A program made the position numbers and the translations under genes. Under the pieces are notes generated by a model, which saw only the letters and a list, made by a program, of their open reading frames with translations, was not told the origin of the DNA and searched no databases. Positions 31,500 through 42,403 of a stretch of 64,000 nucleotides of DNA are shown one piece after another. Position 1 is the first letter of the stretch; the number at the start of each line of letters is the position of its first letter. Origin of the DNA: an uncultured Nitrososphaerota archaeon (GTDB lineage: Archaea; Thermoproteota; Nitrososphaeria; Nitrososphaerales; Nitrosopumilaceae); assembly GCA_963701075.1 (NCBI GenBank), contig OY969559.1:512001-576000 (forward strand), read 5' to 3'.

Positions 31500-31778
31500 A
31501 TGAGTAACCAAGATCCAAATGATGAGAAAAATCCTACTGACGCAGAAGTTACAGCAATGAAAGAGCAAGCCATGAGAACTCTCCTTGCGCCAGAAGCAAG
31601 ATTGAGATTGAATAATGTACGGCTGGTTAAACCCGATCTTGCAGCTATGGTAGAGAACTATCTTCTAGGTATGGCATCTCAGGGAAAACTGCATAACCAG
31701 ATATCTGATGATCAACTAAAGCAGATCCTGCTTTCTATCCAGCAACCAAAGCGTGATTTTAAGATAAACAGAAGATAA
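31500..31778 (+). CDS. PDCD5-like dsDNA-binding protein
   Basis: LLAPEARLRLNNVRLVKP…ISDDQLKQIL; usual neighbour of rps19e. Confidence 0.9.
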   Translation: MSNQDPNDEKNPTDAEVTAMKEQAMRTLLAPEARLRLNNVRLVKPDLAAMVENYLLGMASQGKLHNQISDDQLKQILLSIQQPKRDFKINRR

Positions 31779-31822
31779 ACCTTAGCGAAAATATATTAGG
31801 GGTAAATTAGTCGAAACCATCT

Positions 31823-32873
31823 ATGAAAGCAGTTGTTTATGAAAAATATGCTCCAAACGATGATTACAAATCAATTTTGCAAGTAAAAGAAGTTCCAGAT
31901 CCAAAACCAAAACCAAATGAAGTTGTCTTTAGCGTAAAGGCCGCCGCATTAAATTATAATGATATTTGGGGAATGAGGGGCCAGCCAGTTCCCGTTCCAT
32001 TACCACACATCTCTGGTTCCGACGCCGCAGGAGATGTAGTTGCTGTTGGCGAAGATGTCACAGGTTTCAAAGTTGGTGACAAAGTTGTTTCTCACTCAAA
32101 CATGTCCTGCAGAGTGTGTCAAGCATGCACTGACGGTCGTGAATATGATTGCCAGAAGAGAAGCATCTGGGGATTCCAGACAGGTCCTCTATGGGGTGCA
32201 TTTTCTGAGCTTACTCATTTACCTGAAGTTAATGTAGCAAAGATTCCTGACGGTGTAAGTTATGATGAAGCGGCGGCAGCTTCAATGACATTACTTACTT
32301 CTTGGCACATGTTAGTAGGCCGAGCAAAAATTCGACCAGGTCAAGTAGTCCTTATCATGGGAGGGGGTTCTGGTGTAGGAAGCTTTGGAATTCAAATTGC
32401 AAAACTGTACAATTGTACTGTAATCTCAACCGCAAGTGGAGATAAACTAGACAAGCTAAAACAGACTTGGCGCAGATTATGCAGTAGACCACAGGAAAGA
32501 AGACTGGAGCAAACAAGTAAGAGATATAGCAAAACCATACGGTGGCATCGATATCTCATTTGACCACATTGGTCAGACACACTGGAATGCTCAACTCACA
32601 TTGCTAAAGTATGGTGGAACACTTGTTTCATGTGGTGCAACAACCGGATATGACGCAAAGACTGACTTGAGGCATATCTTCTTCAAAGGAACAAACATCC
32701 TAGGTTCAACACAAGGAACAAAAGCTGAACTAGAGCATGGCCTGTTCTGGATGGGTAAAAAGAAGATAAAAGCTGTAATTGATTCTTCATATAGCTTTGA
32801 AAATGCCGCAGAAGCACACACCAAAATGTTAACCGGTAAGGGACTCTTCGGCAAAATCTTATTGAAGCCATAG
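31823..32873 (+). CDS. Zn-dependent alcohol dehydrogenase/MDR family protein (+1 frameshift at 32465)
   Basis: PHISGSD, CRVCQAC…C, GGGSGVG; removing A32465 puts the frame in register with 32601-32873. Confidence 0.88.
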
Positions 32874-32886
32874 TACCACCAACTTT

Positions 32887-33747
32887 ATGGCAAGACTCTT
32901 ACGCAGTCTCCTGTTTGTACCAGGTAACAACCAACGTTTCTTAGAAAAAGCCAAGACACTTTCTGCTGACATTATTTGCTTTGATCTTGAAGATTCTGTA
33001 CCGCTTGAAGAAAAAAAATCTGCCAGAAATATCATCAAAGGGGCGCTGGAAAGACGCACAGACTATCAAGCTGAAATCTATGTCAGAACAAATTCACCAG
33101 TGTCAGGATTAATTGGAGAGGATCTTGCTGCAATTGTTCAGAAGGGAATTGATGGTATAGTTATACCAAAAGTCAATAATGCTAGTGAGATAAAAAAAAT
33201 AGAAAAAGTACTGGCAAATTTAGAAAAGAAGCGAAAATTGAAACCAATAGAGCTAATGGCATCTATCGAATCCACTGAAGGAGTAGTAAATGCATATTCC
33301 ATCGCATCTGCCAGCAAACGCGTATCTTCCCTGATATTTGGCGTCTTTGACCTGCTCAATGATTTGGGAATAGAATACACAAAACAAGCAGAGGGAGCAA
33401 AATACGCAAGGGCAAAGATTCCCATAGATGCCAGAGCAGCAGGGAAATATGCACTAGATGCAATCTGGCAGGACCTAAACGACGAGGCTGGCCTTGAGCA
33501 AGACTGTACTATGGCAAAGAACTTGGGCTATACAGGAAAAACCATTATTCACCCAAATCAGATTCAAACCACTCATAGAATATTTTATCCAACAAGTTCT
33601 GAGATTCAATGGGCAAAAAAAGTGATTGATGCATATGTATCAGCAAAGAAAAAGAAGAAAGGTGCAACAAAGGTGGAAGGAAAAATGATAGATGAGGTGC
33701 ACTTTAAGAGAGCACAAACATTACTCCAGTCTGTTAATTCTGCATGA
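32887..33747 (+). CDS. CitE/HpcH-HpaI family CoA-ester lyase
   Basis: RSLLFVPG, DLEDSV, GKTIIHPNQI, GKMIDE. Confidence 0.9.
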   Translation: MARLLRSLLFVPGNNQRFLEKAKTLSADIICFDLEDSVPLEEKKSARNIIKGALERRTDYQAEIYVRTNSPVSGLIGEDLAAIVQKGIDGIVIPKVNNASEIKKIEKVLANLEKKRKLKPIELMASIESTEGVVNAYSIASASKRVSSLIFGVFDLLNDLGIEYTKQAEGAKYARAKIPIDARAAGKYALDAIWQDLNDEAGLEQDCTMAKNLGYTGKTIIHPNQIQTTHRIFYPTSSEIQWAKKVIDAYVSAKKKKKGATKVEGKMIDEVHFKRAQTLLQSVNSA

Positions 33748-33812
33748 CCGTATAATGTACCAAAGACATATCCAACGATGAACATAAATCATGTTTAGTC
33801 CATAAAATCGTT

Positions 33813-34403
33813 ATGTTTACTGGAATTATTGAAGGGCTGGGCACGATAATACGATTTGATAAGAATACGAAAACCCGTAGCGAAGCAAAGATGATGGTAA
33901 ATCTTGGTAATCTTGCAAAGGGGCTCAGAGTTGGAGATAGTGTTGCAATAAACGGCGTATGCCTAACGGCGATACATATTGCAAAAGGCATGGCAAAATT
34001 TGAAATGGTTGGAGAGACAATAAAGAAAACCAACCTTGGCTCTTTAGAAAATGGCGATAGAGTAAATATAGAACGCAGTCTCAAGATGGGCGATCGACTA
34101 GAAGGGCATTTTGTGCTTGGACATGTTGACGGGTCTGGAATAATTTCAAAAATAAATAAACAACCCAATCAAGTCCAAATCTGGATAGAATTACCAAAAC
34201 AATTATCAAAATATGTAGCTAAAAAAGGATCTATAACAGTAGATGGTATTAGTTTGACGATAGTTGATAAAATAAAAAACAAATTCTCAGTTTCTATAAT
34301 TCCACATACTATGAAAGTAACAAATCTTGGACTGAAGAAAATTGGCGATAAAGTTAATATTGAAACTGATGTTCTTGGAAAGTATATTTTATCAAAAGAT
34401 TAA
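33813..34403 (+). CDS. ribC: Riboflavin synthase (bacterial alpha type)
   Basis: MFTGII, GDSVAINGVCLT, GHFVLGHVD. Confidence 0.95.
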   Translation: MFTGIIEGLGTIIRFDKNTKTRSEAKMMVNLGNLAKGLRVGDSVAINGVCLTAIHIAKGMAKFEMVGETIKKTNLGSLENGDRVNIERSLKMGDRLEGHFVLGHVDGSGIISKINKQPNQVQIWIELPKQLSKYVAKKGSITVDGISLTIVDKIKNKFSVSIIPHTMKVTNLGLKKIGDKVNIETDVLGKYILSKD

Positions 34404-34407
34404 CTAT

Positions 34408-34443
34408 TTACCACTTTTGTGGTAATAACCAATTTTGTAGTAA
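34408..34443. promoter_or_regulatory. Tandem 18-bp palindromic sites upstream of ribB (candidate riboflavin-regulon operator)
   Basis: TTACCACTTTTGTGGTAA followed directly by TAACCAATTTTGTAGTAA, just before TTTATAATTAT. Confidence 0.55.
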
Positions 34444-34476
34444 GATTTATAATTATAATTCCAAGCTGATCATATC

Positions 34477-35157
34477 ATGTCCTTAGAAGAAACTATAACT
34501 TCGCTGAAAAGAGGAGATTTTGTCTTACTTCATGATGGAAATACGCGAGAAAATGAGGTAGATATGGTAGTTGCTGCTGATTTTGTTACCCCTGAACATA
34601 TTGCAAGAATGCGACAGGATGCAGGCGGGCTCATTTGCTTATCCATAAACCATGCTTTTGCAAAAAATCTTGGCCTAAACTATATGCATGATATACTTTC
34701 TAATTCTCAGAATATTGATGCAGAATCCAAAAGGATGATTATTGGAAAAGCACCATATGGAGACAGACCGTCATTTTCAATCTCAATTAATCATCAAAGT
34801 ACCTATACTGGAGTTACGGACAGAGATAGAGCACTGACAATGTCAGAAATAGCTCGTCTATACAAAAGCCCAAATAAAAACAAGAAGGAAATTTTTAATT
34901 CAAGTTTTAAAACACCTGGTCATGTTTCCATTCTCATTGCATCAGAAGGACTATTATCTAGTAGATTGGGACATACGGAGATGTCAGTTTATTTGGCCAC
35001 TCTTGCAGGTTTGTCGCCTGTGACTGTTATTTGTGAAATGTTAGATTCAGAAACATATGGAGCACTTTCTACTGAAAAGGCAAAAAAATACGCAAAGCAA
35101 AATGCCATACCATATTTTGACGGTAGCAAACTTGTAGAATACGCCAAGGAGCATTAA
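34477..35157 (+). CDS. ribB: 3,4-dihydroxy-2-butanone-4-phosphate synthase
   Basis: RENEVDM, GGLICL, PGHV, GHTE, VICEML. Confidence 0.95.
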   Translation: MSLEETITSLKRGDFVLLHDGNTRENEVDMVVAADFVTPEHIARMRQDAGGLICLSINHAFAKNLGLNYMHDILSNSQNIDAESKRMIIGKAPYGDRPSFSISINHQSTYTGVTDRDRALTMSEIARLYKSPNKNKKEIFNSSFKTPGHVSILIASEGLLSSRLGHTEMSVYLATLAGLSPVTVICEMLDSETYGALSTEKAKKYAKQNAIPYFDGSKLVEYAKEH

Positions 35158-35159
35158 TT

Positions 35160-35570
35160 TTGAATATTGCAATTGTTGTAGCAGAATTCAACGATGAAGT
35201 AACCTCAAAAATGCTCGAGGTAGCGCTTGAAAAGGCAAGATCTCTCAAGATGACAATAACTCATATCTGCAAGGTTCCAGGCGTATTTGATATGCCTCTT
35301 GTAATAGATATCTTACTGAAAAAGAAAGAGGTTGATGCCGTAATAACACTTGGCGCAGTAATAAAAGGTCAAACAAAACATGATGAGCTTATTGCAAATG
35401 TTGTGGCAAAAGCATTAACTGAGCTATCATTGAAGTATCAAAAACCAATTTCTCTTGGAATAACAGGTCCTGGTATGAGTGATAGACAAGCTCATCAGCG
35501 AATAAGGCCAGTTGCAGAAAGGGCTGTGGAGGCTACACAAAAAATATTTGATGAATTAAAAAAGATTTGA
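35160..35570 (+). CDS. ribH: 6,7-dimethyl-8-ribityllumazine synthase
   Basis: IVVAEFN, VPGVFDMP, LGAVIKGQTKHDE. Confidence 0.95.
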   Translation: MNIAIVVAEFNDEVTSKMLEVALEKARSLKMTITHICKVPGVFDMPLVIDILLKKKEVDAVITLGAVIKGQTKHDELIANVVAKALTELSLKYQKPISLGITGPGMSDRQAHQRIRPVAERAVEATQKIFDELKKI

Positions 35571-35571
35571 A

Positions 35572-36324
35572 ATGATTCAACTTACTATACTGAAAATAAC
35601 AGGATACGGCCCATGGACTCTTACTTTGGGAAGTGACAGGGAACACAGGCTTCAGATGCTCCAGTCATCACTATACAAGGAGATTCAAAATCTGTTTTCA
35701 GAGAAGAACTGTCTTGCCTTTCCTAACAGATTCGATGAGATTTTTGTCATCACAAATGGACTCACAATAAGGGATCATGTGGAAATTCAAGAAAAGTTGT
35801 CAAAACTCTTCGATCTAGGCCTATCAATGACAATAGGACAAGGAGGGACTCCCTTTGAAGCAAACTCAAACGCAGATAATGCACGAAGGGCAAATCTTGT
35901 TTTGGACAAGGAACACAATATTTTCGGACAATCCCTGCAAAATGGCGACGACCTAGTACAGGTAATACACATGGACGTAGATGGCTCTACATCCATTTCG
36001 GCCAAGAAATCCCCCTATGAGGTTTCATCGCTTATACTCAAACTGTACTCAGAGATGTCTGAATTTTTTCTAAAAAAGAACTCTCTTACATTCTTTATGG
36101 GCGGAGATAATTTTATGATAGTTAGTTCATCTGTTGAGCAAGAAACCATATCTGAATTTCTTGAATTGATAAAAGGGCGTCATGGCATATCGTTTAATTG
36201 CGGTATAGGAACTGCAAGGACAGGACGAGACGCAGCAAAGCTAGCAACCAAATCGCTTGACAAAATACGAGAGATTCGCGATTCTGGTAAAAATGAACAG
36301 AGAATTCTTGAGCTTACATGTTAA
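35572..36324 (+). CDS. gch3: GTP cyclohydrolase III/IIa
   Basis: GYGPWTLTLGSDREH, RFD, FMGGDNFM. Confidence 0.9.
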   Translation: MIQLTILKITGYGPWTLTLGSDREHRLQMLQSSLYKEIQNLFSEKNCLAFPNRFDEIFVITNGLTIRDHVEIQEKLSKLFDLGLSMTIGQGGTPFEANSNADNARRANLVLDKEHNIFGQSLQNGDDLVQVIHMDVDGSTSISAKKSPYEVSSLILKLYSEMSEFFLKKNSLTFFMGGDNFMIVSSSVEQETISEFLELIKGRHGISFNCGIGTARTGRDAAKLATKSLDKIREIRDSGKNEQRILELTC

Positions 36325-37508
36325 TACGAAATGTTAGTCTTCTTTATGGCAAAGACCTGGATTATATTGTTAAAACAAACGTAAGAATTTCTAAAAAATA
36401 TATTGAATCAATAGGAGAAGGCCTGATACCTCACAGTAAAGAGAAAGTTATTGATTGCGAGGGTCTCTTGATGATGCCTAGTTTTGTTAATTCACATACT
36501 CACATAGGAGATTCTATAGGAAAGGATGTAGGAATCAATTCAGATGTGGAATCAAAGATTCACCCTGTAAGTGGATTTAAACAAAGAATTCTCAAAAATT
36601 CAGAGATCTCTCATCTTACAAATTTTATTAGAAATTCTTGTATTGCTATGATTCGAAAAGGAATAACCACCTTTATTGACTTTAGAGAGGGAGGCCTCGA
36701 AGGAGTCAAAATACTGAAAAACGCATCATCTAAAATTCCTATAAGACCAATAGTTTTGGGCAGAATAAATTATTATCAAGATTCTAAATTAATCAAGAAA
36801 AATGATTTTCTGCCAGAATCAAAAAAGACAGATCTTAAAAATCTTATAAAAAATTGTGATGGCTTAGGAATCAGTGGACCAAATGAGTTCAGCGATTCTG
36901 TCCTGAAATATTTCTCAAAACAGAAAAGCATGCGTGCGATTCACTCTGCAGAGACCGAGGAAAGCAATAGTATATCAAAAAAAATAACACAAAAAACAGA
37001 AACCCAGAGGGCTTTGCTTGCAAAACCAAACCTGCTCATTCATATGACATATGCCTCAAAAAGTGACCTTCTGCTTGCTGCCGGAAATAAAGTGGGTGTT
37101 GTAGTATGTCCACGCGCAAATGGTGCCCTTGCTGAGGGCATACCGGACATTAGTCTGATGATGAAAGCAGGATGTAATCTTACGATTGGCACGGATAATG
37201 TAATGATAAACTCTCCTGACATGTTCAGGGAGATGGACTATCTCTGGAAAGTTTCTATGGGCATGAACAAAACGCGAATATCTCCAAAATCTATACTAAA
37301 AATGGCAACGGTTAATGCCACAAATACACTTGGCAATAAAGTTGGAACTATTCAAAGAAATAGCTTTGCAGATTGTATATTCATAGAAAAACATGCAATT
37401 GATCTGGAACCCATGCATAATCCTTACGCGGCTATTGTACATCGCGCATCAGAGAGCACAATTAGAGCAGTAATGTTTGAGGGAGAACTAGTACATGGCA
37501 AATTCTAA
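36318..37508 (+). CDS. Metal-dependent amidohydrolase in the riboflavin cluster
   Basis: NSHTHIGD, IHSAE, CPRAN, GTDN. Confidence 0.85.
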   Translation: MLIRNVSLLYGKDLDYIVKTNVRISKKYIESIGEGLIPHSKEKVIDCEGLLMMPSFVNSHTHIGDSIGKDVGINSDVESKIHPVSGFKQRILKNSEISHLTNFIRNSCIAMIRKGITTFIDFREGGLEGVKILKNASSKIPIRPIVLGRINYYQDSKLIKKNDFLPESKKTDLKNLIKNCDGLGISGPNEFSDSVLKYFSKQKSMRAIHSAETEESNSISKKITQKTETQRALLAKPNLLIHMTYASKSDLLLAAGNKVGVVVCPRANGALAEGIPDISLMMKAGCNLTIGTDNVMINSPDMFREMDYLWKVSMGMNKTRISPKSILKMATVNATNTLGNKVGTIQRNSFADCIFIEKHAIDLEPMHNPYAAIVHRASESTIRAVMFEGELVHGKF

Positions 37509-38142
37509 ACCATATGTTATCTTGAATGCAGCTATGAGCATAGATGGAAAGATAGCTACACGTAAGGGAAAATCAAAATTTTCTTCAAGCAAAGATCTTG
37601 CGCGTGTTCATAGACTTCGTGGTAGTGTAGATGCTATACTAGTTGGAAGAAATACTGTATCTGTAGACAACCCCTCTCTTACGGTAAGACATGTAAAAGG
37701 TAGAAACCCAATTAGAATAATTCTTGATCCTAAAGCAACAATTTCTTCTAACTCAAAAATTGTAAAAACCTCCAAGAAGATCCCCACTATGGTAATAGTA
37801 TCAGAAATTGCACCAGCAAGGCATGTATCTCTTCTCACAAAGAAAGGATTGGAAGTGATCAAGTGTGGTAAAATCAGAATTGATCTCAAAAAACTGTTAT
37901 CGATCTTAGCAAAGCGAGGCATCAGAAAGATACTCGTTGAGGGTGGAGGGACAACTAACTGGTATTTCTTAAAAGAAAAACTAATTGATGAAATTATTGT
38001 AACTGTCACTCCATACGTGGTTGGTGGCAAAGAATCTATCTCCCTAGTCGAAGGACATGGATTTGACAATATATCATATCCCTTAAAACTAACGCACGTC
38101 AAAAAGGTGGGCGACGAGATAGTTTTACACTATATCACTTAG
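37495..38142 (+). CDS. 2,5-diamino-6-ribosylamino-4(3H)-pyrimidinone 5'-phosphate reductase (RibD_C)
   Basis: AMSIDGKIA, DAILVG…DNPSLT, LVEGGG. Confidence 0.92.
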   Translation: MANSKPYVILNAAMSIDGKIATRKGKSKFSSSKDLARVHRLRGSVDAILVGRNTVSVDNPSLTVRHVKGRNPIRIILDPKATISSNSKIVKTSKKIPTMVIVSEIAPARHVSLLTKKGLEVIKCGKIRIDLKKLLSILAKRGIRKILVEGGGTTNWYFLKEKLIDEIIVTVTPYVVGGKESISLVEGHGFDNISYPLKLTHVKKVGDEIVLHYIT

Positions 38143-38648
38143 TGTTTCAAGTCATCACGTAACTGATCAATTTTTACTTGCATTGCTTTTTTCAGCTTGT
38201 CATTTTTTGAAAGGTTAACAAGCTTTCCACAGGTAGGGCACTTGAAGGACAGGTCTAAAGCTTTTTCAAACGTTAATTTTTGACAGTCCATGTTGCCACA
38301 ATGATAAAAATCTGCAGAATTCTCATAATCGAGCCTTTGTTGTAGCCTCTCGACAATCTTTTTCTTCTGGTTTCCTATGAAATTGTCTACTTCGTCTCTT
38401 CTGGCTCTCCATCTGTAAACAAACCATCCTTTCTTTTCGTCCTTTACCCTTATTCCAGTTATCAGGGCTTTTCCAAAAAGGTCATACAGCACCTTTCTGA
38501 CAATGTTGATTCTAAGACCCGTAGAGTCTGCAATCTCCTCATCCGTTGCATCCTCTGTATTTAGTAGGGAACGAGCCACCTTTAGATATTCATCGCCGCC
38601 AATCAAGGCAGCTATTTTAACAAAAGGATCTTCATGCTCTACATTCAT
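38139..38648 (-). CDS. tfe: Transcription factor E
   Basis: TDEEIA…VRKVLYDL…GWFVYRW, Zn ribbon FKCPTCG. Confidence 0.93.
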   Translation of the reverse strand: MNVEHEDPFVKIAALIGGDEYLKVARSLLNTEDATDEEIADSTGLRINIVRKVLYDLFGKALITGIRVKDEKKGWFVYRWRARRDEVDNFIGNQKKKIVERLQQRLDYENSADFYHCGNMDCQKLTFEKALDLSFKCPTCGKLVNLSKNDKLKKAMQVKIDQLRDDLKH

Positions 38649-38675
38649 GTCAAAATCTTTCCTCTTCTCTCATAT

Positions 38676-39206
38676 TTAATCAATGGTTTTATTCATTACT
38701 CTTTTTCCCTTTTTTGTAGGAATTATTTCACGCTGCGCATTGCCAAGTTTCTTTTGTAGTTGTTTTCCATCTAGTATTCTATCAAGCAAGATGGCTAATG
38801 CCGATATTTCTGAATGAGGTTGGTTCCCTATCGCTATGTTATAATCTGCAATATCGTAAACTTCTCTTGGTACCTTTTCTGCCCCCACCACAACCAAGAT
38901 CTTGTCTTCTTTTTTTAGTTCAGTTTCTATCGTATTGATATTTTCACCATACATTGTTAGATGGACAATTTTGTACAAATCAGATTTCTTAGATCTGAGA
39001 GCTTTCTTCCAATCCTCAATGATTTCCACTTGAAAATCACCCCCCCACATTTTGTTTACTTTGGAAACAGTGTCTTTTATCTCTGGATTGGCGTCATACA
39101 TCAATATTTTTGATGCACCAAATGCTCTTGACACAAGGGCAACATGAGTGGTTACTCTGTCATCCCTTACCAATCTCTGGCCTATTCGTAAAACTTCAAT
39201 CTTCAT
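38676..39206 (-). CDS. trm56: tRNA (cytidine-56-2'-O)-methyltransferase
   Basis: [30 protein letters not shown]. Confidence 0.93.
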   Translation of the reverse strand: MKIEVLRIGQRLVRDDRVTTHVALVSRAFGASKILMYDANPEIKDTVSKVNKMWGGDFQVEIIEDWKKALRSKKSDLYKIVHLTMYGENINTIETELKKEDKILVVVGAEKVPREVYDIADYNIAIGNQPHSEISALAILLDRILDGKQLQKKLGNAQREIIPTKKGKRVMNKTID

Positions 39207-40323
39207 GGTTGATTTTTATTTCTTGTTTTGCTATTTCATTTTTCTCATTCAATAAGGGATGATTTTCTAGTATGTTGTAAATGAGGTTCTCAAGGGCCGG
39301 AATGTTTTTGCCCGTTGCCGCTGATACGGGCAGACATTTTTTATTCTCTTTCAAGCCCAGTTGATCTGCCTTTTCAATAATCTCTTCTTCTGAAACCAAG
39401 TCTGACTTGTTTAGAGCAAAAATTATCTTATCTTGATTTACACCTATTTCATCAAGGGTAGACACGCAACTTCTGAACTTCTTTTTTAATTCTGGAAAGG
39501 GATCGCTTGAATCTATTACCACTATTACAATATCTGTGTAAACTAATTCCTCAAGAGTAGACTTGAACGCATCAATCATGTATGCTGGAAGCTTGCTTAT
39601 GAAGCCAACCGTGTCAGATATCAGTATCTCAGTACCGCGTAACACTATTTTTCTTGTGGTTGTTGAAAGGGTAGTGAAGAGCTTCGGACTTTCTTCTTTT
39701 TGCTCTCCAGTCAATGTGTTAAACAATGTAGTTTTTCCAGCCGATGTGTATCCAGCAAGAGAAATGGTCTTAAATCCAATTCTTTTTCTTGCCTGCCTGT
39801 GAAGTTCGCGCTGTTTTGACGACTTGACTAGTCTAGACTTGGTGTTATTCATTCTATTTTTGATATCATTATGGTACACGTCTACTTCGAATTTTCCAAT
39901 GCCCATAAAGCCTGGCTGCTCTCCCATCTTTGCAAGCCTTACCCGTTCCTTGGCTCTTGACATCTCGTATCTTAGATGGGCCAACTTGACTTGCAGCATT
40001 GATTCCGAACTTTTGGCTCTGCGTTGGAAAATTTCCAATATCAGCATTTCCCTGTCTAGAATTTTGGTTTTGAGAGTAGATGCAAGATTGTAATTCTGGC
40101 TGGGCCTTAGTATTTCGTCATATATTATAACATCTGGCCTTAAGGAACCGATAAACTCCTTGAGTTCCTCAACCTTTCCCTCTCCTAGTCCAAATTTAGA
40201 TCTGTTAAGGAATTTTTGTCGTATTATTTTTTTTATCTCATAGCCTGCGGCATCACAAAGAGCAATGGCCTCCTTGACAACGTCCTCTTTATCGTATGTT
40301 ATCAGGATGGCAGAATCTTTCAA
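39196..40323 (-). CDS. hflX: GTPase HflX
   Basis: [25 protein letters not shown]. Confidence 0.93.
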   Translation of the reverse strand: MKDSAILITYDKEDVVKEAIALCDAAGYEIKKIIRQKFLNRSKFGLGEGKVEELKEFIGSLRPDVIIYDEILRPSQNYNLASTLKTKILDREMLILEIFQRRAKSSESMLQVKLAHLRYEMSRAKERVRLAKMGEQPGFMGIGKFEVDVYHNDIKNRMNNTKSRLVKSSKQRELHRQARKRIGFKTISLAGYTSAGKTTLFNTLTGEQKEESPKLFTTLSTTTRKIVLRGTEILISDTVGFISKLPAYMIDAFKSTLEELVYTDIVIVVIDSSDPFPELKKKFRSCVSTLDEIGVNQDKIIFALNKSDLVSEEEIIEKADQLGLKENKKCLPVSAATGKNIPALENLIYNILENHPLLNEKNEIAKQEIKINHED

Positions 40324-40348
40324 TATGTACAGTCCTTTTTTTCGTATA

Positions 40349-41392
40349 TCATTGCCTTCGCAGACTCTTTTCTATGGTCATATTCATTACGATTTCAGCA
40401 ATATCGCTGGCGTATTCCGCTATTCTACGTATGTTTTCGTTCATTCGCCTAACGCGGTATATCTCTTCGTCATCTCTGAGTGACTTGATGCTGTCTAGGA
40501 TTTTTTTTTCATACTTGGAAATTTCAGCGCTCTTTTCCACTGTACGCTCTGCCTGATTGAAATCCCTCTTGAAAAGAGATAGACAAGCTTCATCAAGCAC
40601 AGTTAGTGCAAATGTATTCAATTCCTGAATTGGTTCAAGTACTGACTTTTTGATAGGTTTTTTAAATTCTCGAAGATCCTTGGCTAATTCTGTGGCATGG
40701 TCTCCAACACGTTCAATGTTTTTAACAATTAATCTATAGCCCAGGCAATGGTGTGGGCTCTCTATTCCCATCTCCTTTAACATATGCTCGTTTTGAATTG
40801 CAATTTTTAGCTGTCGTATTATGTAGAAACTAAATCTATCAACTTCATCATCGCTATCGATAACTTCCTCTGCCAAGTCATAGTTGGCTTCTTCTAAAGC
40901 AAGTAATGCGTCATTTTGCATGGATTTTGCAATTATCAACATTCTCTTTAATGCACCATCCACTGAAAGCTCAAAGAGATTTATCAGAACCTGAATGGTA
41001 AGTCCCTCTGTTGAATCTGCAATGATCTCAGTACCCATTAAAATTCCCTTTACTGCCTCCTTGACAGCATTTCTCTGAGACGGTTTTAGTCTTCCAATTT
41101 TTGGTTTAACGTTTATGATGTTAAAGCCAAGCAAGTATAACGAAATAAGCTTCCTGATAATTACAGCGCCCTCATCCTCTGGTTTTATCTCAATAGTTGC
41201 ATCTTCTGTAACCACAGGTTTGTTGTGGTGCTTTAGTGGAACAATCTGCAATGTGGAAATTCCCTGTCGAACTACGGCCACTTGATCTCCCTGTTTTAAT
41301 CCCATATCGGCAACCCATTGTTTTGGAAGTGAAACAATATAGGAAGACTTGCCGGTGAACTGTATTTTTCTCATCTCTTCGGTATTTCCCAT
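40349..41392 (-). CDS. AbrB-PhoU phosphate uptake regulator
   Basis: [19 protein letters not shown] (AbrB), [15 protein letters not shown] (PhoU repeats); likely start at 41392. Confidence 0.9.
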   Translation of the reverse strand: MGNTEEMRKIQFTGKSSYIVSLPKQWVADMGLKQGDQVAVVRQGISTLQIVPLKHHNKPVVTEDATIEIKPEDEGAVIIRKLISLYLLGFNIINVKPKIGRLKPSQRNAVKEAVKGILMGTEIIADSTEGLTIQVLINLFELSVDGALKRMLIIAKSMQNDALLALEEANYDLAEEVIDSDDEVDRFSFYIIRQLKIAIQNEHMLKEMGIESPHHCLGYRLIVKNIERVGDHATELAKDLREFKKPIKKSVLEPIQELNTFALTVLDEACLSLFKRDFNQAERTVEKSAEISKYEKKILDSIKSLRDDEEIYRVRRMNENIRRIAEYASDIAEIVMNMTIEKSLRRQ

Positions 41393-41497
41393 ATAGTATT
41401 GCATTATGATCTGTTCTATATAGTTCTTCAGTTATACTATATAGTATGATACTCATTATAAAAATAATTATGGGGCTTTGCAAATGACAAGTTAGAG

Positions 41498-41956
41498 ATG
41501 GACTCCATTTTGAAGATCAAGTATACCCTTGATGCTCTTTTTGGTATTGGTGTATCAAAATACCTGCCAAAAGATGTTAGATTCACTTATTCAAAAAAAA
41601 CTGGTAGAATCCAACATGTGTATCAAAATGATATGCTATTGTGTACATTACGAATAGACGGCGGGCTTGCAATCACTCCAAATTTTGCCCAAATGCTAAT
41701 GAAAAGCAAGAAATTTCGAGAAAACTGTGTGGAAGTAGACGATGATTCAAAGCCATTTGTTGAAAATGGTAACTCGGTCTTTTGCAGTCATATTACACGG
41801 TGTGGCAAGAATATCCTAATTGGCTCTGATGTTCCGGTTTTACACGGGAATAAAGTTATTGCCGTCGGTAGAGCCATTCTTTCGTCAAAAATGATGAGTT
41901 CTTTGAAGAGAGGGGTTGCTGTGAAGATCAGAGATAGTTTAAAAAGTCTAGATTGA
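41498..41956 (+). CDS. PUA-domain RNA-modification protein (TGT C-terminal-like)
   Basis: SKKTGRI…SVFCSH…AVGRA…RGVAVKIR. Confidence 0.8.
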   Translation: MDSILKIKYTLDALFGIGVSKYLPKDVRFTYSKKTGRIQHVYQNDMLLCTLRIDGGLAITPNFAQMLMKSKKFRENCVEVDDDSKPFVENGNSVFCSHITRCGKNILIGSDVPVLHGNKVIAVGRAILSSKMMSSLKRGVAVKIRDSLKSLD

Positions 41957-41972
41957 GGAATATGAGTAGAAA

Positions 41973-42314
41973 ATGATGCGTGGCGGAAACCGAGAAATGC
42001 GTAGGATGTTGGATAGGATGGGCCTAGAAATGAAGGAGCTCAATAATGTTCAGGAGGTTATAATCAAGACTGATACAAAGGAGATTATAATTGCCAAGCC
42101 AGCTGTTACAGAAATGAAGGCAAAAGACAACTCTATCTTTCAAGTAATTGCTGAAAGTTATGAAGAAAGAGAACTAGAAGTACCAGTCTTTAGCCAAGAT
42201 GACATAATGCTTGTGGCACAACAAGCCAATGTTTCGCCAGAAGAAGCAACCAAAGCACTGACTGAAGTTAAGGGTGATCTAGCAAGAGCGATACTCTTGT
42301 TGACAACTAAATGA
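41973..42314 (+). CDS. nac: Nascent polypeptide-associated complex protein
   Basis: MRRMLDRMG…VIIKT, C-terminal UBA 'DIMLVAQQANVS…GDLARAIL'. Confidence 0.93.
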   Translation: MMRGGNREMRRMLDRMGLEMKELNNVQEVIIKTDTKEIIIAKPAVTEMKAKDNSIFQVIAESYEERELEVPVFSQDDIMLVAQQANVSPEEATKALTEVKGDLARAILLLTTK

Positions 42315-42403
42315 GCTCCGTTGATCAACAATAGAATACAAAAAAACTTTAAATTTTCAAAGAAAGCAGGCTAGTCATAGCGTATCAAACACAAAGTAAC
42401 ATT

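Noticed and set aside
33813-34403. Bacterial-type riboflavin synthase as a novel transfer
   Set aside because: To my knowledge this is usual for Nitrososphaerota; nothing in the window marks it as recent.
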